Assembly: GCA_028713655.1 (NCBI GenBank)
Contig: JAQTNW010000009.1
Location: 8,474-72,473 of the forward strand
Reading direction: 5' to 3'
From: Candidatus Methylacidiphilales bacterium
Lineage (GTDB): Bacteria; Verrucomicrobiota; Verrucomicrobiia; Methylacidiphilales; JAAUTS01
Length of the DNA stretch: 64,000 nt
Shown here piece by piece: positions 60,344-64,000 of the stretch. The notes below the pieces were generated by a model that saw nothing but the letters and a program-made list of their open reading frames with translations, made no database searches and had not been told where the DNA came from. The position numbers and the translations under genes were made by a program. The first letter of the stretch is position 1. The number at the start of each line of letters is the position of its first letter.

Positions 60344-60876
60344 GAAAACGCTTCCCATGGGCGTTGGGAAGTTGCAGGCTTGTTTTGCCCCTGTTTTTCA
60401 TTTTGATTTCCAATACTTTCGCAGACACCGGAATGTCCCTGCATTCACCCGCCTTTGGCAACGGCGATCCGATCCCCACAAGGCACGGCTATCGCCATGA
60501 AAATATCAGCCCGGAACTAGCCATTGAAAATGTGCCGGCAGCCGCTAAATCCCTCGTCTTGATCTGCACCGACCCGGACGCGCCCTCGGGAGTCTGGACC
60601 CACTGGCTGCTTTGGAACATTCCGCCGGACACGCAAAAAATCCCCGATGGGAAAACACCGCCGGGTGCGGTGGCCGGCAAAAACGACTTCGGCAACACGC
60701 GCTACGACGGGCCGTCTCCCCCTTCCGGAACCCACCGCTACTATTTTCAACTGTTTGCGCTGGACGTTGTATTAGAACTAAAATCCGGAGAGGGGCGCGC
60801 GGCCCTCGAAACCGCCGTAAAAGGCCATGTGATTTCAAGCGCAACGCTCATGGGTACCTGCAAGGCCGGGAATTGA
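60340..60876 (+). CDS. YbhB/YbcL-family PEBP (Raf-kinase-inhibitor-like) protein, secreted
   Basis: Signal peptide, then LVLICTDPDAPSG..WTHWLLWNIP...GPSPPSGTHRYYFQLFALD. ATGA overlap with the upstream response regulator. Confidence 0.85.
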   Translation: MRKRFPWALGSCRLVLPLFFILISNTFADTGMSLHSPAFGNGDPIPTRHGYRHENISPELAIENVPAAAKSLVLICTDPDAPSGVWTHWLLWNIPPDTQKIPDGKTPPGAVAGKNDFGNTRYDGPSPPSGTHRYYFQLFALDVVLELKSGEGRAALETAVKGHVISSATLMGTCKAGN

Positions 60877-60935
60877 CTTCCTGAAAACTTGACGGCATCT
60901 TCGGAATCCATGTCTCTTTCACAAATTAAGCGGTC

Positions 60936-61259
60936 ATGAAACAATCTGCTATCAGCCTCACATCCGGCTCCAAAACGAAAGGCGACTGCACCTTGACAGA
61001 CTCACAGCACCATTTGCGGGTAACGGTCGGCACTTGCGGAATCCGTTCTTTCATGACCGCCGCAGGACCTGTTCCATTTCAAACCGGAGAGCATGCCGGA
61101 CCGAACTGGGTTTTGCGGGAAAACGGGCAATGGCTTGAAGTGCCCCCTCAACCCCGCAAAGCCGGTGAAGCGTGTTTTTCCGGAAAGCATGGCGAATTGG
61201 CGTTCGATCTGGAATATCATCTGGCTGGCGGAAATCTGGCCATCGTGGCCTCGATCTAA
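60936..61259 (+). CDS. Hypothetical protein; possibly the 5' part of a degraded gene
   Basis: 107-aa ORF. Protein-like sequence continues in another frame (…LDTLAPGERKQWTIYLNEGKG, ORF 61093..61506). No recognisable domain. Confidence 0.3.
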   Translation: MKQSAISLTSGSKTKGDCTLTDSQHHLRVTVGTCGIRSFMTAAGPVPFQTGEHAGPNWVLRENGQWLEVPPQPRKAGEACFSGKHGELAFDLEYHLAGGNLAIVASI

Positions 61260-61424
61260 AACCACGGCAGGAAGGCAGCCACGGGGCTGCAAGCCGGGCC
61301 TGCACCGCATTTATACCGCCTGGCTGGACCTGCTCCAATCCGGCCCTCTGCCATCCCGCCATCCGCAGGGCCTCGACACGCTCGCGCCCGGCGAGCGGAA
61401 ACAGTGGACGATTTATCTCAATGA

Positions 61425-61529
61425 GGGAAAAGGGGTCAAAGCATATTTCTACTCCTCTTTTCCTCAGCATCAGGGGGCACATTCACACCCGGGTTGGGGT
61501 GACTAAAATATGCTTTGACCCCTTTTCCC
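61425..61529. repeat. Perfect 24-bp inverted repeat with 57-nt spacer
   Basis: GGGAAAAGGGGTCAAAGCATATTT (61425-61448) and AAATATGCTTTGACCCCTTTTCCC (61506-61529). The right arm encodes the last 8 codons and the stop of the minus-strand desulfurase homolog. Confidence 0.9.
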
Positions 61530-62690
61530 CGGCGACATGTCCCGCAGCCGGGCCACGGCCTTCGCCGTTTTGGCGACCACAGAGCGGATGTCGTCTCCGG
61601 TTTGATCGGGGCCGGGACTGAATAAAATAGCGCCCAGCGCCAGATCAATCTCCACTCCCATCGCCTTCAAAACAGGGGAAATCTTCATGTTTTTTGAAAC
61701 ACAGCCTGTCGCTGCAGTCACGCTTACTCCGTTCAAATCCAGCAACAGCATCAAGGCCTCACCCTCAATGAACTCGAAACTGACATTCAAATGCCGGGGG
61801 TCCCGGTCAGGACCCGGCTCAGGCCCATTAAGTTTGATGTGCTGGATCTCATTCGTTAGCCCCTCCCATAATTGCAGGATAAGTTCCCGGCATTTCGCGG
61901 CCCGGTCTTGCATATGCTCTTTCGCGAGAATCGCCGCCACTCCCGCCCCGGCAATCGCCGCAACATTCAACGGCCCCGCCCGCAGGCCGTGCTCCTGCCT
62001 GCCTCCGTGAATCAGCGGCGCCAATTCCAGACCGCTTCTGCGATACAGCACCCCCGCTCCCTTGGGGCCAAAAAATCGGTGCGGCGACAAGCTCAGCAAA
62101 TCGACGCCCAGTTGGCCGACATCCGCCGACAACCAGCCGCCCCCGGTCGTGGCATCGCAAAAAACCGCCACTCCGCGTTCCCGGGCAATGCGCGCGATCT
62201 TCGCAACCGGCTGCACGGCGCCTGAATCGTGATTGCTCAAATGCGCGGCCACCAGCACCGTGTCCGGCCGAATGGCGGAAGCAATTTGCTCCGGGTTGAT
62301 AAAGCCTTTCGAATCAACCGGGACACGGGTCACCGTCCATCCTTGACGCTCCAGAAACGCCACCGATTCCATGACAGCGGGATGTTCCGCCTCCGAAAGC
62401 ACAAGGTGCCTGCCCTGCGCCGCACGGGCCTGGGCCAACCCTTTGATAGCCAGATTGCCGGCCTCAGTGCCGCTTGACGTGAAAATGATGGATTCAGTGT
62501 CGGAAGCTCCAAGCAGGCTTGCAAACGATGCCCGGGCCTGTTCAACCGCCTCTTTCGCTCTCAAGCCTTCGCGATGCAGGCTCGAAGGAAGCCCGCATTC
62601 ATCGGCCAAAAACGGCAGCATGGCTTCCCGGGCCTCGGCTGCAAGCGGCGTGGTGGCGAGATGGTCGAGATAGAGGCGTTGCGCAGGCAC
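61503..62690 (-). CDS. Class-V aminotransferase / cysteine desulfurase (IscS/NifS) homolog with Arg in place of the PLP-binding Lys
   Basis: YLDHLATTP, TSSGTEAGN, FCDATT, SLSPHRFFGPKGAGVLY (canonical SGHKxYGPKG), ATGCVS (catalytic Cys loop). Confidence 0.85.
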   Translation of the reverse strand: MPAQRLYLDHLATTPLAAEAREAMLPFLADECGLPSSLHREGLRAKEAVEQARASFASLLGASDTESIIFTSSGTEAGNLAIKGLAQARAAQGRHLVLSEAEHPAVMESVAFLERQGWTVTRVPVDSKGFINPEQIASAIRPDTVLVAAHLSNHDSGAVQPVAKIARIARERGVAVFCDATTGGGWLSADVGQLGVDLLSLSPHRFFGPKGAGVLYRRSGLELAPLIHGGRQEHGLRAGPLNVAAIAGAGVAAILAKEHMQDRAAKCRELILQLWEGLTNEIQHIKLNGPEPGPDRDPRHLNVSFEFIEGEALMLLLDLNGVSVTAATGCVSKNMKISPVLKAMGVEIDLALGAILFSPGPDQTGDDIRSVVAKTAKAVARLRDMSPGKRGQSIF

Positions 62691-62760
62691 GGCGAAAGAT
62701 TAACACAAATCCCGGACCTTTGAATTTTAAAGTCTTCGCAATCTTCCTGTTAAAATGTGT

Positions 62761-63999
62761 TTATTTGACCGAACCCAGCTCGAATTTGGCATGGGCCGCC
62801 TTCGCGGCTTCGGACGCGCGGCTTTCATCAATCACCACGGTAATCTTGATCTCACTGGTCGAGATCATCTGGATGTTGATCCCTTGGTCCGAAAGCGCGG
62901 CAAAAAGATCGGCTGCAACACCGCTGTGGCTGCGCATGCCAATCCCGACCACCGACAGCTTGGCAATGCCCTCCTGAATGTTGACGGCGCGGGCTGAAGA
63001 CAATTCCGTGATCGAACTGGTGATTTTCGTCACCTTTCCCACATCGTCTTTGTTGACCGTAAACGTGATATCGGTGTGCCCCTTGCCTCCACCCGCCTCC
63101 GCATGCGAAACGTTTTGAACAATCATATCCACATTGATGTTCGCATCGGCAATGGCCTTGAACAAGCGGGCGGCAATGCCCGGCTGGTCCGGTACGCCGG
63201 AAATGGTGACTTTGGCCTGGTTTTTTTCCACGCTGACGCCACGCACCACGACTTGTTCCATCGACTTGTTTTCTTCTTTCACGATTGTTCCCGGGTTGTT
63301 ATTGAAACTGGAGCGCACCTCAAAAATAACATTAAATTTCTTTGCAAATTCCACCGAGCGCGCCTGCATGACCTTGGAGCCGGCGCCCGCCATTTCCAGC
63401 ATTTCATCATAGGAAATCTCCAGGATTTTGCTGGCGTCGGGAACAATCCTCGGGTCCGCCGTATAGACGCCGTCCACATCGGTAAAAATCTGGCAGACAT
63501 CCGCCTTGATGGCCGCCGCCATGGCAATGGCCGTCAAGTCCGACCCCCCGCGACCGAGCGTGGTAATCTGCCCCTCCATCGTCTGCCCCTGAAATCCCGC
63601 GACGATCACCACCTTGCCTTCGTCCAGAAATTTTTTCACCTGATGGGGCGTAATATTGGCTATCCGGGCCTTCGTGTGAACACCGTCGGTCACAATGCCC
63701 GCCTGCGCGCCCGTGAGCGAAATGGCTGGAATATTCAAGCCGTGCAATGCCATGGCCAGCAGGGCGATGGTGGTTTGCTCGCCGGTGGCCAACAGAACAT
63801 CCATCTCACGCTCGGTCGGCTCGGGGCTAACCTCGCGCGCCAGGCGAATAAGACGATCCGTCTCACCCGACATCGCCGAGACCACCGTTACAATGCGGTG
63901 CCCCTGGCGGCGCCATTCAGCCACGCGAGCGGCCACATTCCGGATCCTTTCGGGATCTCCAACGGATGTGCCCCCATATTTTTGGACAATGACAGACAT
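62761..63999 (-). CDS. lysC: Aspartate kinase
   Basis: MSVIVQKYGGTSVGD...VVSAMSGETDRL...TLGRGGSDLTA...two C-terminal ACT domains. Confidence 0.95.
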   Translation of the reverse strand: MSVIVQKYGGTSVGDPERIRNVAARVAEWRRQGHRIVTVVSAMSGETDRLIRLAREVSPEPTEREMDVLLATGEQTTIALLAMALHGLNIPAISLTGAQAGIVTDGVHTKARIANITPHQVKKFLDEGKVVIVAGFQGQTMEGQITTLGRGGSDLTAIAMAAAIKADVCQIFTDVDGVYTADPRIVPDASKILEISYDEMLEMAGAGSKVMQARSVEFAKKFNVIFEVRSSFNNNPGTIVKEENKSMEQVVVRGVSVEKNQAKVTISGVPDQPGIAARLFKAIADANINVDMIVQNVSHAEAGGGKGHTDITFTVNKDDVGKVTKITSSITELSSARAVNIQEGIAKLSVVGIGMRSHSGVAADLFAALSDQGINIQMISTSEIKITVVIDESRASEAAKAAHAKFELGSVK

Positions 64000-64000
64000 G

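Overview
GC-rich bacterial chromosomal window. About 70 protein genes and one tRNA are supported. No rRNA, CRISPR array, transposase, integrase or prophage was seen. The gene content and the intergenic repeats suggest a PVC-group bacterium, most likely Verrucomicrobiota; that is inference from memory, not a search. The gene content includes SET-domain, RRM/RGG, PEBP, SH3 and class-I-PDE-like proteins, long TPR/HEAT-like repeat proteins and an orphan GspE/GspF pair. Most genes are housekeeping: ffh-rpsP-KH-trmD-rplS-rnhB-yraN, leuCD with a LysR regulator, mutL, parB, speA, rpsR-rpmB, mpl, hpf, lysC, gmhA, lptF/G and comM/yifB. Other clusters are a Mla-like ABC lipid-transport operon flanked by partner-switching parts, a Gfo/Idh/MocA-cupin-TIM-barrel sugar operon with an XRE-cupin regulator, a yqjD/E/K-like trio and a DUF433/DUF5615 toxin-antitoxin-like pair. 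The most unusual signal is non-coding. Most of the longer intergenic gaps contain modules from at least nine short repeat families. These are stem-closed elements with compensatory stem changes, GC-rich triloop hairpin strings, 10-bp-phased triple repeats, 7-bp tandem arrays, one 14-bp x6.5 tandem expansion and one perfect 24-bp inverted repeat. One family (R1) occurs five times, each time on the same strand as a gene start 60-125 nt downstream. Gene-level oddities: a cysteine desulfurase homolog whose PLP-binding Lys is Arg; a GAF-PP2C-RsbW-like kinase fusion beside STAS-MlaEFD; a symporter-like membrane domain fused to a hotdog thioesterase; a DksA-like protein with a histone-H1-like tail and half-degenerate zinc finger; and an HD protein with eukaryote-type PDE motifs. 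I found no complete new multi-gene system that I can defend. All functions come from motif reading and recall, with no database search. Coordinates of non-coding features may be off by a few nt.
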